62,793 nucleotides of DNA, filler included, from Planctomycetota bacterium (GCA_026991575.1; 5 parts of 5 records of this genome joined end to end with filler, not necessarily neighbours in it); one strand, 5' to 3'. Positions 52,960 through 62,793 are shown, counted from the first letter of the whole stretch. Numbers and translations are program-made. The notes: generated by a model not told the origin, from the letters alone.

Positions 52960-54732
52960 CTACCTGGTCCGATTAGTGCCACCTGGTCGCTGGCGATCCT
53001 TTACCATTCTGGTCACGACGCAGAAAATGTGATCAGCGAAGCGCAGAGGCTGTTCTTGGCACTTGTTGGCATCGTGTAATGCACACGCGGTTGGGAGATT
53101 GGCGATGCTGTCGAGGCGACGCGGCGCGTCCCAGTCCTTGTCCTTCTCCGTTGTGTGCTTGTCATTAGACGGGATCGGAAGGGTGATCACGTAGTCGGAG
53201 AACCCGAACTCGGCTTGCCACCGATCCCCGACATGGAGCGCCTCGTTGCAGAGCAGACCTGCCAGCTCGGCGACGCTCCACCGGACAAACTTCGGGTTGC
53301 GGCCCTCAATCCAGTCCAGGGAAAGTTCGTTCTTGTCGCGCGGCACCGTTCCGTCGTGGCGGTACACCGGGTACATGTTAGCGGGGTGGATGTCGATCGC
53401 TCGCTCTTCGTCAGGACGAGGGTGGGCCTGGTACGTGGGATGACGTCCTGCGTAAGCGTAGACGCGTAAAGTAGGCAACACCCGTTGTATATGCAGCAGT
53501 ACTTCGCGCTCCGCAGGACTGATGTCCTTTCTGGCCAGTAACTCTTTGATTGCCCAAAGGGCGGACTTCTCTGCATCCACCAGGACTTCCCTGAGTGACC
53601 TCCCGTCTCCCATCTCTACGCCCCATGCCTTGTTGTTGTCGGGGTTCCCGATCTCGATTAGTCCGGTCGGATCCCGTCTGTACACTGGGCTATTACCCGC
53701 ATACGACGGTGCAGCACGACCGGAGAGGAAGCCGATCGGGTCAGGCGAAGTAAACTGCCCTCGCGAGGGATCAAGCCACCGGGCTCTCATGGCGTAGGCG
53801 CGACGCAAGGCAGACCAGCTGCGCGCGGTGTACCCGAACCTGCTGCCCGCGGCGAGCGGGTCAGGGCCCTCCGGGTTGCCATAGCTGTCGTACGTGAGAG
53901 TTGCCAGGATGGTTCCCGTTGAGTCCGCCCACGCGCGGATGCTGCCCAGGTAGTCGGTGAGGGCGAAGGTGATTTCGCCGAGGGCGTCTTCGCGGGCAAG
54001 GAGGGAGTCGATGGCGGCCGCGTAGAGGCGGCGCTCGGTGAGCTGCGGCGTGATGCCATCCGAAGTGTCCGCATCCACAAAGTCGGCAATCGGGTTCGCC
54101 GCGAAGATCGCGCTCGCGTAGATGCCATCGACGTACGGGGCTAGGCTGCCCTGGGCGACCTGCTCGGCCGTCGGAGGCTGGGCCAGGTCATGCAGCACAA
54201 ACGTGAACCGCTCCGGCTCTGGGCCAGCCGGGCCGTCCGGGTCCTCGTACAACGCAATCCGGCGGTTGAACGCGTCGTAGACGTACGTCTCAGTCCACAG
54301 CACATTGCCCTGGCCATCCTTGTGTACCACCGCCGTCAGCCGGTTGCGGTAGTCCCACGTGTACTCCGTCACCTCACGGGTCACCGTGTTCGTCTTGCGA
54401 ATGAGGTTGCCTTCGTTGTCGTACTCGTAGTCATTGGTTCCGTCCGACAGCAACCGGTTGTCCGCTCCGGTCACATAGCCGGTGCCGTGCAGGTGCGACT
54501 CCGTTCGATTGCCATTGGGCGTGTAGCGGTAGTACTCGATCAGGTTCCCCTGACCATCCCACACGTCCGTCAGCTGACCCTGCGGGTCGTACGCATACGT
54601 GCGCGTCCCTTCCGGGCCGCTGTACGCCACAATCTGACCGGCCGTATCCCAGGTGTAGGCGAAGTCCGCCAGCGGCGTCGCATTCCCCTGCGAATCCACG
54701 TAGTCGTGGTCAATCAGCGTCACCCGCGAGGC
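52960..54732 (-). CDS. Rhs/YD-repeat polymorphic toxin, C-terminal part (5'-truncated by gap)
   Basis: YD repeats (YEYDNEGNLIRK, YTWDYRNRL, YVYDAFNRRI), Rhs core (YDSYGN, RARWLDP, DPIGF, YAGNSP...DPTG), then a ~230-aa variable C-terminal domain. Confidence 0.92.
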   Translation of the reverse strand, partial: ASRVTLIDHDYVDSQGNATPLADFAYTWDTAGQIVAYSGPEGTRTYAYDPQGQLTDVWDGQGNLIEYYRYTPNGNRTESHLHGTGYVTGADNRLLSDGTNDYEYDNEGNLIRKTNTVTREVTEYTWDYRNRLTAVVHKDGQGNVLWTETYVYDAFNRRIALYEDPDGPAGPEPERFTFVLHDLAQPPTAEQVAQGSLAPYVDGIYASAIFAANPIADFVDADTSDGITPQLTERRLYAAAIDSLLAREDALGEITFALTDYLGSIRAWADSTGTILATLTYDSYGNPEGPDPLAAGSRFGYTARSWSALRRAYAMRARWLDPSRGQFTSPDPIGFLSGRAAPSYAGNSPVYRRDPTGLIEIGNPDNNKAWGVEMGDGRSLREVLVDAEKSALWAIKELLARKDISPAEREVLLHIQRVLPTLRVYAYAGRHPTYQAHPRPDEERAIDIHPANMYPVYRHDGTVPRDKNELSLDWIEGRNPKFVRWSVAELAGLLCNEALHVGDRWQAEFGFSDYVITLPIPSNDKHTTEKDKDWDAPRRLDSIANLPTACALHDANKCQEQPLRFADHIFCVVTRMVKDRQRPGGTNRTR

Positions 54733-54832
54733 NNNNNNNNNNNNNNNNNNNNNNNNNNNNNNNNNNNNNNNNNNNNTTAATTAATTAANNNNNNNNNNNN
54801 NNNNNNNNNNNNNNNNNNNNNNNNNNNNNNNN
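54733..54832. other. Artificial contig-join spacer
   Basis: N44-TTAATTAATTAA-N44. Confidence 0.98.
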
Positions 54833-56397
54833 GCAGCGGCGGTCATGGCCACCAGGTCCTCGGGCGGCGAGCCCGCGAAGCCGGTGAACAGGCAGACACC
54901 CGTGTTATCGTGCGCCGTGCTCTTGTTCTGCTCGCTGACCACCCAGGGCGCCTTGCCTTCGGTCTTGTGTTGGATGTCCGGGTTGGCCGTTTCCAACGCC
55001 GGTGTCCAGGCGCGTAGGTGGCAGGCCCCTCGGGTGCAGGTAGCATACGCCAGCCCCATGCCTACAAAGCCGCGCGGATCGTATGCCGGGAACTCCTGCC
55101 CCTTGCTGCCAATGTGCACATCCGGCTGACCAAACTTCTCAGCAAGGCGACGCGAGCCTTCGGCCAGCTCATTGCCAAAGCCTTCACGATAGCCGGTCGC
55201 CTCGACCATGCGTATCAGCGCTTCGGACGACCCGAACTTCAACGGCATGCCCGTGATCTCATCGTTAATCACGCCACGCTCGTAGAGCTCCATAGCGGCT
55301 GCGAGCGTCGAGCCCATCGAAATCGGGTCCATGCCCAGATCGTTGCACAGCCAGTTTGCCTTAATGACCGCGTCCAGATCGTCTATGCCGCAATCGACAC
55401 CAAGCCCCCAGAGGTTCTCGTACTCCGGGCCTTCGCCGCAGATCTTCCAGTTCCGTGGATGCGTGTTGACCAGGAACTTGCCGGCCGCTTCACCCGGCAG
55501 GTGTGTCACGCGGCCGCACGCGATGGTGCATGCAAAGCAGGCCTTGTTCCGCACTAGCCGCTGCTCCTTAATGGCCGCGCCGTTGAGTTTCTCGGCGCCT
55601 TCGAAAACGCCTTCCTGGAAGTTGCGCGTGGGCAAGCCGCCAAACTCATTGATCAGATCAATCACAGCAGCCGTTCCCAGCTCGGTCATTCCCTTGCGAT
55701 CTTCGCTCTCACTGAGCCGGCGGTGCTGTTGCCAGACGGCCTCAAGGAAGGCAGCGGGATCGGCTACTGCCAGCCCTCTGGTGCCTCGGATCGCAATTGC
55801 CTTCAGGTTCTTCGCGCCCATGACGGCGCCAACCCCACTACGTCCCGCGGCCCGGTGCTTGTCGTTCATGACCGCCGCGAACCGCACGCGGTTCTCACCG
55901 GCGGGTCCAATGCACGCAATCCGCACGTCGGGATCCACCAGCTCGTCCCGAATGCGGTCCTCGGTCTCAAAGACACCGCAGCCCCACACGCTCTCCGCAG
56001 ACCGCAGCTGAACATCGTCGTCGTAGATGGCCAAGTACACCGGTCTCTCGGCACGGCCTTTGATGAGGATCAGGTCGTAGCCTGCGTGTTTCATCGCTGG
56101 CCCAAAGTGGCCACCAGAGTTCGAGTAGGTGATTGCCCCCGTGAGCGGACTCTTGGTGACCACCATGTAGCGCGAGCCGCAGGAGGTGTTCGTTCCGGTC
56201 AGCGGTCCGGTGACGAAGATGAGCACGTTGGCAGGATCAAAGGCATCAACCGTCGGATCAAGCTCTTCAAAGAGGTAACGGGCTGCCAGGCCACGACCCC
56301 CCACAAACTCACGAGCCCATTCCTCACGCAGCGGTTCGATCGTACAGGTGCCTGTCGAGAGGTCGACGCGCAGGATGCGACCAGCCCAACCGTACAT
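54833..56397 (-). CDS. aor: Aldehyde:ferredoxin oxidoreductase (tungsten AOR family), 3'-truncated by gap
   Basis: GRILRVDLS, GGRGL, KSPLTG, SNSGG, CIGPAGE, GRSGVGAVMGAKNLKAI, CxxCxxxC, GPEYE, D.LGMDPIS, YDPRG and RGACH. Confidence 0.93.
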
Positions 56398-56660
56398 CCG
56401 TATCCTCCGTTTGCCTGGTGAGCGTCAGTGGGCACCTTATCCTAACGGACCGTTCCGAAGCCGATCAACCGGGTCTGTGCCGCTGTTACCGGCGGTCCTC
56501 ACGGGGCCGTGGCACGTCCACCGCCTGCCAGGCTGCTGCCGCAGCGGGTAACGTCCCTCTCACCGACGCGCCCGAGCGGTGCAGCAACAGACGGCTGCAG
56601 CGGACGCCGCGGCACAGCGGCCTCAGCTAGCGGTCCCGCTGCTCCGAAGGCCAACGCGAC

Positions 56661-56694
56661 AAAAGAAAACGCCCGCAACGGCCGTTGCGGGCGT
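56661..56694 (-). terminator. Intrinsic terminator of the DUF4139 gene
   Basis: Perfect palindrome ACGCCCGCAACGG-CCGTTGCGGGCGT followed on the minus strand by TTTCTTTT. Confidence 0.85.
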
Positions 56695-56723
56695 ATCGTT
56701 CCAGACAGGCGGTACCGTGGCGA

Positions 56724-58880
56724 CTAGTCAATGGTCAGGTTGCTGAGATAGTCGTCGATTGCTTGCTGCAGGCGGCGGCGCTGCTGCTGCGCCGTTCTGA
56801 GCTCTTGTTGCAGCCGTTCGATTTCGTTCTCTTGATCCTGCAGCTTCTGCAGATAGCGCTTTGCCAGACTCGAGGTCTGATCAATCTGGCCCAAGTTCTT
56901 GCGGATCCTGTCTTGATCCTTGGTGATCGCCTTAAGCTGGTTTTCCAGAGCGGTGACTGTGGCCGTGACCCGTGCTAGCTCGCGCTGCAGTTCGGCCAAC
57001 CTGCGCAGGCTCTTCTTGATCTCGTCGGGTACCTCTGGCGCGTTGATGACCAGTTCGATCTGGGACAGGTTCCAGTTCCGGAGCGCGATCGATTCGGACC
57101 GCGGCTGGCTCTCGCGCACCACAAAGTCGATCGTGCTTTCCGGCGGCAGCTTGACCTTGAAGCGGTACACCGACCGTGTTCGCTCTTCGAACGTGTCAGG
57201 CTCATCGAGTTGCCAGTTCCTCTCGGCCGGATGCTCGATGATCAGGGTGCGGGGGGTCGAGCCCCGGTTGCGGATCTTGTACTCGGTTCTGCGTACGAGC
57301 TTGCTCTGGCGCACCAGCGCGCCGCGCACGATGCGGTAGGTAACCGCTGGACTGGCTGCCGTGCGGGCCGTGATGGCGACTTCGACATCCAGGTCCAACG
57401 CGTAAGACAACAGCCTGCTGTGTCCCTGTGGCGTGTTGTCGATCAGCGCATCGCCCGAGTAGATGCCCTGGTCGAAGACCGAGATTGGTCCTCTCATCAA
57501 GTAGGCCCCGCTGTCATTGCGGAAGCGCACGCCTCGCATCGGATACCGCGCATGGCTCTCGCGGTTGTAGATCGAGACTCGTTCGACCTTGAGCTCCGCG
57601 GACAGGATCGGGAGCAGCGCGGACCGCTGTCTGGGCAAGTCGACTGGGTGTTTGATCACGTACTGGAACTGGGCGCCAGCTTCCTCGCCAACGGCCGCTA
57701 CGGCGACGGAGGAGGCGAGGGCTTTGGCCTGGAGTGCCTCGAGCGCCATGCCCGGTGCCGCGGCGGCCTGGGGCGCAAGCCCCCTCCGCATTGGCGCAGC
57801 ACCCCCCAGCCGGGCTCGAACCTTGCCCTCCGCCGCCAGGTCGGCCATCCCGCCCTTGCGTTGCTCCGCCTCTGCGACTTCTAATTCCCCCTCGTGAGCT
57901 CTCGGCTTGACGGGTACGTCATAGGCCAGTTCCATGGTCGGCCGCTCGACATACAGCGGCTGGTACAGATTCATCCGGAACGAAACCGGCCGACCCGAAA
58001 CCAGGGCCATGTGCACCTGACTCCAGTCGGCATCGGTGGTGTTCTCGACAATGGCCCACCCTTGCAAGAGAGCCCGGTCCTCTTCGAGCACCATGCGGTA
58101 GGTGGTCTTCCAGACGGGCACCTCCCGCACGTATCCCACACGAACGCGCCTCTTGCCCTGGCCACGGCAGCGGAGCACAACCGTTTTCTTCTGGGTGTCG
58201 TGGGCCGTGGCAAGCACTTCAAGCGCCTGAGCCAACTCGCCGGCGATCCGTTCGTTGAGCACTTCGATCTGCTGGATCTGGTCGAGCCGCACGCTGCGAA
58301 TGCCCTCGTCCGTCAACAGGTTCACGTACTCGTGCTCCTCGACCACGTCCGAATTCGCAACGATCCGCTTCTTCTTCTCCACGCCCAGCACAGTGCCGAC
58401 GATTTGCTCGGCTGCCTGCAGCCGGACCGGTTCGCCTCGGAGCTGTTCCAGCAGCTCATACAGGCTGGGGTTGTCGGTAAGGTCGATGGCGAAGCTACGG
58501 AGCGTGCGGGTGATCGGATCCCGGGACGTGTAGCTGACGGCGGTCACCTGGCCGCCATCAAGATCTTGAACCACCAGACTCTTCAGCAGATCGTTAACAT
58601 CGTCGGCGCGGAACTGGAGCACGACGTCAGCATTCCCCTGCACGGTCCCTTCATGCTCAAAATAACCGACGCCACTAGAGAACAGGACCACGCGTTTGAC
58701 AGGCAGACTTTCCACCCGCGGTGCTTTCGGGCGGACCGCTTCTGGGGCATCGCCACCGGCCTGCGCCACAGCAGGGGCTCGGCTGATGGCTCCAGCTGCC
58801 AGAAGAAGACCAAGCACTGAGGCAGGGACGAGAAGCAAGAGAACACCGTGGATCGAGATCCGCAGTGGTCGAGAGGGCAT
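56724..58880 (-). CDS. DUF4139-type exported protein
   Basis: Signal peptide, LPVKRVVLFSSGVGYFEH, DVNDLLKSL, PVWKTTYR, LQGWAIVENTTDADW and a C-terminal coiled coil. Confidence 0.8.
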   Translation of the reverse strand: MPSRPLRISIHGVLLLLVPASVLGLLLAAGAISRAPAVAQAGGDAPEAVRPKAPRVESLPVKRVVLFSSGVGYFEHEGTVQGNADVVLQFRADDVNDLLKSLVVQDLDGGQVTAVSYTSRDPITRTLRSFAIDLTDNPSLYELLEQLRGEPVRLQAAEQIVGTVLGVEKKKRIVANSDVVEEHEYVNLLTDEGIRSVRLDQIQQIEVLNERIAGELAQALEVLATAHDTQKKTVVLRCRGQGKRRVRVGYVREVPVWKTTYRMVLEEDRALLQGWAIVENTTDADWSQVHMALVSGRPVSFRMNLYQPLYVERPTMELAYDVPVKPRAHEGELEVAEAEQRKGGMADLAAEGKVRARLGGAAPMRRGLAPQAAAAPGMALEALQAKALASSVAVAAVGEEAGAQFQYVIKHPVDLPRQRSALLPILSAELKVERVSIYNRESHARYPMRGVRFRNDSGAYLMRGPISVFDQGIYSGDALIDNTPQGHSRLLSYALDLDVEVAITARTAASPAVTYRIVRGALVRQSKLVRRTEYKIRNRGSTPRTLIIEHPAERNWQLDEPDTFEERTRSVYRFKVKLPPESTIDFVVRESQPRSESIALRNWNLSQIELVINAPEVPDEIKKSLRRLAELQRELARVTATVTALENQLKAITKDQDRIRKNLGQIDQTSSLAKRYLQKLQDQENEIERLQQELRTAQQQRRRLQQAIDDYLSNLTID

Positions 58881-59063
58881 GGGATGATCTCCACGCGGTC
58901 ATGGAACCGTTAGAGCCTACTGCGCGACCGTCCGGTCATCCGTTTCGACGCCTGGGCGCGTGCGGCAGTTCCCGCCAGAGCGGTGGCGGAGCGGCCGCGG
59001 TTCGTGCTGCCGGTCATTGCCGCCTCACTGAAGTGTGCCTTACGATCCGCGCCCGGTGAGCGA

Positions 59064-60389
59064 CTAGCGAGCGGTGCGTGCCAGTTCGTAGCAGCGGATC
59101 AGTCGGTCGTTCCGCACATAGAGCTTGCCGTCGGCGAACGCCGGATGTGCCCAGCTTACCGGTCTCAGATAGGGCACACCCTCGGTGGGCTCGATCAGTT
59201 TCACACGGCCCCGCTCCTCGTAGCCCTCGGGCGTCAGCCTGGCAACGATCAGCTCACCATGCTCGTTGAACAGGTATGTGTACCGCCCGTAGGCGATCAG
59301 GTGAGCGTTCGACCACCGGGCCCGACCAGTGGGTTGGTAGGTTTGCCAGAGTCGATCGCCGTTGGCTGCGTTCAGGCAGCGGAGCGCCCCGTAGCTGTCA
59401 ACGCCGTAGATGTAATGGGGATCGAAGCGGGGGGTGGAGATCAGGCAGTGCAGGGCGTCCGTGTTGCGTTCGCTGCGGCCCTTACGGCGCCAGAGAACCC
59501 GAGCCGAGCGGCCGTCCTCGGAAAGCTGAATCATCAGCGACCCGTCGTAGAACGCGCTCACGAAGAGAAGATCACCCTGAACCACCGGTGTTGCTACCGC
59601 CAGATCCATTCGGGTGCGGAACGGAATCCGCCACCAGGTGCGGCCCGTGGCCGGATCAAGGCCGACGACCGCGTCGGCCGACCAGAAGACCAGCAGGTCG
59701 TTCTGACCGCGGCGGACCAGAATGGGCGCGGAGTAGCCGGGATCATCGGCCAGCGCACGCCAGCGCTCCTTGCCGCTGTTGCGGTGGAACGCGACCAGGC
59801 ACGCTTCAGGTAGGCCGCCGGCATTGACGATGACCAGGTCCCGGTACACCAGCGGTGCACTGGCCAGGCCCCAGATTGGCACACGAGCCTGGTAGGCCGT
59901 CTGCAGGTCAACCTGCCAGAGCAGCTTGCCGGTGGTCAGCTCCAGACAGCGGAAGTGTCCCATGGTGCCCAGCGTGAAGACCTGGTTGTCGACGATCGTC
60001 GGTGCGGCACGGGGGCCATTGTCGTACTGGATGTCGACATAGCGACAGGGGTACTGATGCATCCAGAGCAGGTCACCGCGTTGGGCGTCGAAACACAGCA
60101 CACGTTCAACGGCTTTATCGCGCACGTAGTCCGTCACGATCACCTTTCCCTGCGCGACACTTGGTGCGGAGTAGCCCGCGGCGATGTTTGCTTCCCACAG
60201 GAGCCGCGCCTGGCCGGCGACCAGCCGCGTGGGGTAGCCCGGTTCGGTGAGCTGACCGTTGCGACGGGGCCCGCGCCACTGAGGCCAGTCAGCCGCGTGG
60301 GCAGCCGATCCCAGGACGATTACGGCCAGGATTGCGATCACGCTGCTGTGCGACGGCCGCCACCAATGGCTGCAACCGGTGCAGATCAT
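59064..60389 (-). CDS. PQQ-binding-like beta-propeller protein (BamB-like, Planctomycete family)
   Basis: ATG at 60389 follows GGAGG. Signal peptide, ADWPQWRGPRRNG, GYSAP repeats and WAHPAFADGKLYVRND..I.CY.L. Confidence 0.9.
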   Translation of the reverse strand: MICTGCSHWWRPSHSSVIAILAVIVLGSAAHAADWPQWRGPRRNGQLTEPGYPTRLVAGQARLLWEANIAAGYSAPSVAQGKVIVTDYVRDKAVERVLCFDAQRGDLLWMHQYPCRYVDIQYDNGPRAAPTIVDNQVFTLGTMGHFRCLELTTGKLLWQVDLQTAYQARVPIWGLASAPLVYRDLVIVNAGGLPEACLVAFHRNSGKERWRALADDPGYSAPILVRRGQNDLLVFWSADAVVGLDPATGRTWWRIPFRTRMDLAVATPVVQGDLLFVSAFYDGSLMIQLSEDGRSARVLWRRKGRSERNTDALHCLISTPRFDPHYIYGVDSYGALRCLNAANGDRLWQTYQPTGRARWSNAHLIAYGRYTYLFNEHGELIVARLTPEGYEERGRVKLIEPTEGVPYLRPVSWAHPAFADGKLYVRNDRLIRCYELARTAR

Positions 60390-60581
60390 GGCGGTTCCTC
60401 CCATGAGCCGGTGTGCTGGGTGGGACCGGATGCTGCCGCCATTCTATGCGACGGTGGTCTGGGGCGGCCCCAAGCTGACCGGTAATGCATGGGGTGCGGT
60501 TCGAACCTTACAATCGACTGAGACCGTCGGGTACAGGTCTCGGCCGCGGGCCTGTGGGTCGGAAGCGCAGACGAGGTGATC

Positions 60582-60972
60582 ATGAGCTCAGGTGTACTAG
60601 GTGGCGGGTTGGTTTCCCGGGCTCACCAGCTCGGCCTGGTCTCGCTCGAGGACCTCGAGCTCTGCTGGGAAAGGCTGGGTACCCGGAACGTTAGCGACGA
60701 ACAGCTCATCGACGAGCTGATCCGGCAGGGGATCCTGACCCGCTTCCACGTCGAGAAGCTGCGCAAGGGGGATTCGAAAGGGTTCTTCTACGGCCGTTAC
60801 AAGGTCTTGTACAAGATTGCCTCCGGCAGCTTTGCGCGCGTGTATCGGGCTGTCGACCGGATGACGGGCGAAACGGCGGCCGTTAAGGTGCTGCGGCAAC
60901 GCTGGAGTAGCGACCCGGCGTCGATCGAGGCGTTCAAGCATGAGGCCAGGGTTGGGTTGATGCTGCGGCATC
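60582..60972 (+). CDS. Ser/Thr protein kinase, 3'-truncated by gap
   Basis: YKVLYKIASGSFARVYRA...AAVKVL...FKHEAR (kinase subdomains I-III), preceded by a Planctomycete-type N-terminal helical domain. Confidence 0.85.
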
Positions 60973-61072
60973 NNNNNNNNNNNNNNNNNNNNNNNNNNNN
61001 NNNNNNNNNNNNNNNNTTAATTAATTAANNNNNNNNNNNNNNNNNNNNNNNNNNNNNNNNNNNNNNNNNNNN
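60973..61072. other. Artificial contig-join spacer
   Basis: N44-TTAATTAATTAA-N44. Confidence 0.98.
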
Positions 61073-61390
61073 GCGGGCGGGGGGTCTTTATGCCCCCCCG
61101 CCCGCAACGTTGATGGATAGCGCGGGCCCATCCTCCAATGATTCTTTCCCCTCCGGGCCGCGGGCGGGTCGATCCCGCCCGCGGCCCGGCTGGTGGGACT
61201 CCCTTGGGCGCACGCTGTGCACAGAGAGCCTGCGCCGTGGTCCCGGAGGGAGCGCGATGCCAGCCCGCCGACGCCGCGGACACCGTCCGTGGCGTCGGGG
61301 CATTTCCACTAGGGGAAAAACAAACAAAGCCCGTACCGCCCGCGCTACCCATCAACACAGCGGCAGGGGGGCACAAAGGCCCCCTGCCGC
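61073..61390. repeat. Highly structured non-coding element bounded by ~55-bp imperfect inverted repeats (candidate ncRNA, MITE or IS subterminal region)
   Basis: 61073-61127 is an imperfect inverted copy of 61338-61390. Internal stems: 61153-61168/61174-61189 (16 bp perfect), 61268-61281/61285-61298 (14 bp, one G-U) and 61145-61152/61311-61318. Confidence 0.7.
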
Positions 61391-61475
61391 CCATTGAAGC
61401 ACCCTCCTGGCTCGATTCGGCCATCTCCCGGCCAGCGTTACTGCTCTTCCGCCCCCTCGCAAGCGCCCAGTTACC

Positions 61476-62793
61476 TTCGGCGACACGGTGCGCTATGAGT
61501 ACGACGTGCTGCACCGGCCGGTGAAGGTGATCGATCCCGATGAGGACACCGACCCGACAAACAACCCCGTCTGGCAGACCCTCTACAACGCAGCCGACGA
61601 AGTCATCGCAACCATCGATCCGCTGGGCCGCCAGACCACCTACGGCTACGATGCCCTCGGAACGCTGGTCAGCGTGACCACGCCAATGGGCTTTGTCACC
61701 AGCTACCGCTACGACGCCGAGCAGCGGCTCCTGTCGGTCACCGACCCGCTGGGCCGCACCACCAGCTACGAACGCGACGCACGCGGCCGGGTCATCGCTA
61801 TCACCGATCCCACCGGCGCCAAGAGCACCTTCGCCTGGGATGCCGTCCACCGGCTCGTCCGGCGCCCCGACCCCCTGGCAGGCCTGGAAACCAGCCAGAC
61901 CGACTATCAGTACGACAATCTCGATCGACTCGTCGAGGTCGTCGACGCGGAGGGCAACCGCTGGAAGTGGGAGTATGACTTGGTGGGTAACCGGATCGCG
62001 GCGATCGATCCGCTGGGCAACCGCTACGAATGGGACTACGATGCACGCAACCGAGTGATCGCCACCAGAGATCCGCTAGGCAATCAGACCACCATCAGCT
62101 ACACCCTCACCGGCATGGTCGCCGCGGTCACTGACCCCTTGGGCCGCACGACGCGGTACCGCTAAAACGCCCGCGACTGGCGGACGGCCATCATCTTGCC
62201 CGATGGCGACAGCGACCCGAACAACAACCCGGAGATCACTTTCGGCTATGATGAGGAAGGCAATCTCATCTCGCTGACCGATGCCGATGGGAACACGACC
62301 CAGTGGCGGTTGGATGCCGTGGATCGGGTCATCGAAGAGATCAACGCGCTGGGACTCAGCCGCTTCTTCGAGCACGATGCTGCCGGACAACTGACGGCCG
62401 TCGTCGATCGCAACGGACGGCGGCGTGAGTTCGACTACGACCTCGACGGCCGCCGCACCGCAGAGAAGTGGCTCGATGGCCAGGGCCAGATCATCTTCCA
62501 GATCAACTACACCTGGGATGCCGCCAACCAGTTGATCGGCGTCTCCGACCCGAACCAGACCTACACGCTTGCCTACGAGGACGCCGGCCGCATCATCAGT
62601 CTGGACAACACCGGCAGCCCCTCCATCTACCCGGTCATCCAGCTTGCCAACACCTACGACGATGCGGGCAACCGCATCCGCCTCACCGACAACTACGGCA
62701 CCGAGTGGCGGTACCAGTATGACAGCCTGTCGCGCATGACGCAGGCGGAGTTGGTGGTCAGCGGCACGCCGAAGGCAACCGCGCAGTTCGCCT
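61476..62793 (+). pseudogene. Rhs/YD-repeat gene fragment lacking an N-terminus, with an in-frame TAA
   Basis: YD repeats (DPLGRQTTYGYDALG and similar) begin abruptly at about 61476. TAA at 62163-62165 occupies the Tyr position of a YD-type repeat (TTRYR*NARD), and the frame continues with YD repeats to the window end. Confidence 0.8.

Noticed and set aside
62163..62165. In-frame TAA in Rhs considered as programmed readthrough or an alternative genetic code
   Set aside because: TAA terminates normal genes in this window (for example pfkB, nuoG, nuoM), so a TAC-to-TAA mutation or a sequencing error is simpler.

Overview
GC-rich bacterial sequence, very probably a Planctomycete draft genome or MAG (inferred from the DUF1559 prepilin, giant secretin-like protein, YdjY-like lipoprotein, PQQ-type beta-propeller and zinc-ribbon-containing ValS). 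It consists of five contigs joined by artificial 100-nt N/TTAATTAATTAA spacers. Contig 1 (1-24238): cimA, valS, a GT-C-like membrane protein, PPi-PFK, a giant secretin-like gene, a two-gene unit of a DUF4132 protein plus a ubiquitin-like (C-terminal GG) protein, der, a YdjY-like lipoprotein, a PfkB kinase, thpR, recA and a partial HtrA-like protease. Contig 2 (24339-48369): the nuoA-N operon, an ECF sigma/anti-sigma/STN-secretin-like operon, DUF1559 plus a lipoprotein, an orphan CARF-HEPN (Csx1/TM1812-type) effector fused to a Csx20-like domain, and a beta-propeller protein. Contig 3: an IS66 remnant, a membrane protein, a WD40 protein and the 3' end of an Rhs toxin. Contig 4: aldehyde:ferredoxin oxidoreductase, DUF4139, a PQQ-propeller and a Ser/Thr kinase. 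Contig 5: a highly structured ~320-nt inverted-repeat element followed by a truncated, stop-interrupted Rhs fragment. The best candidates for undescribed biology are the DUF4132 + ubiquitin-like pair, the orphan Csx1-Csx20 fusion, the structured non-coding element and the ECF/anti-sigma/STN-secretin module. All family assignments come from motif recognition by eye; no database searches were run.
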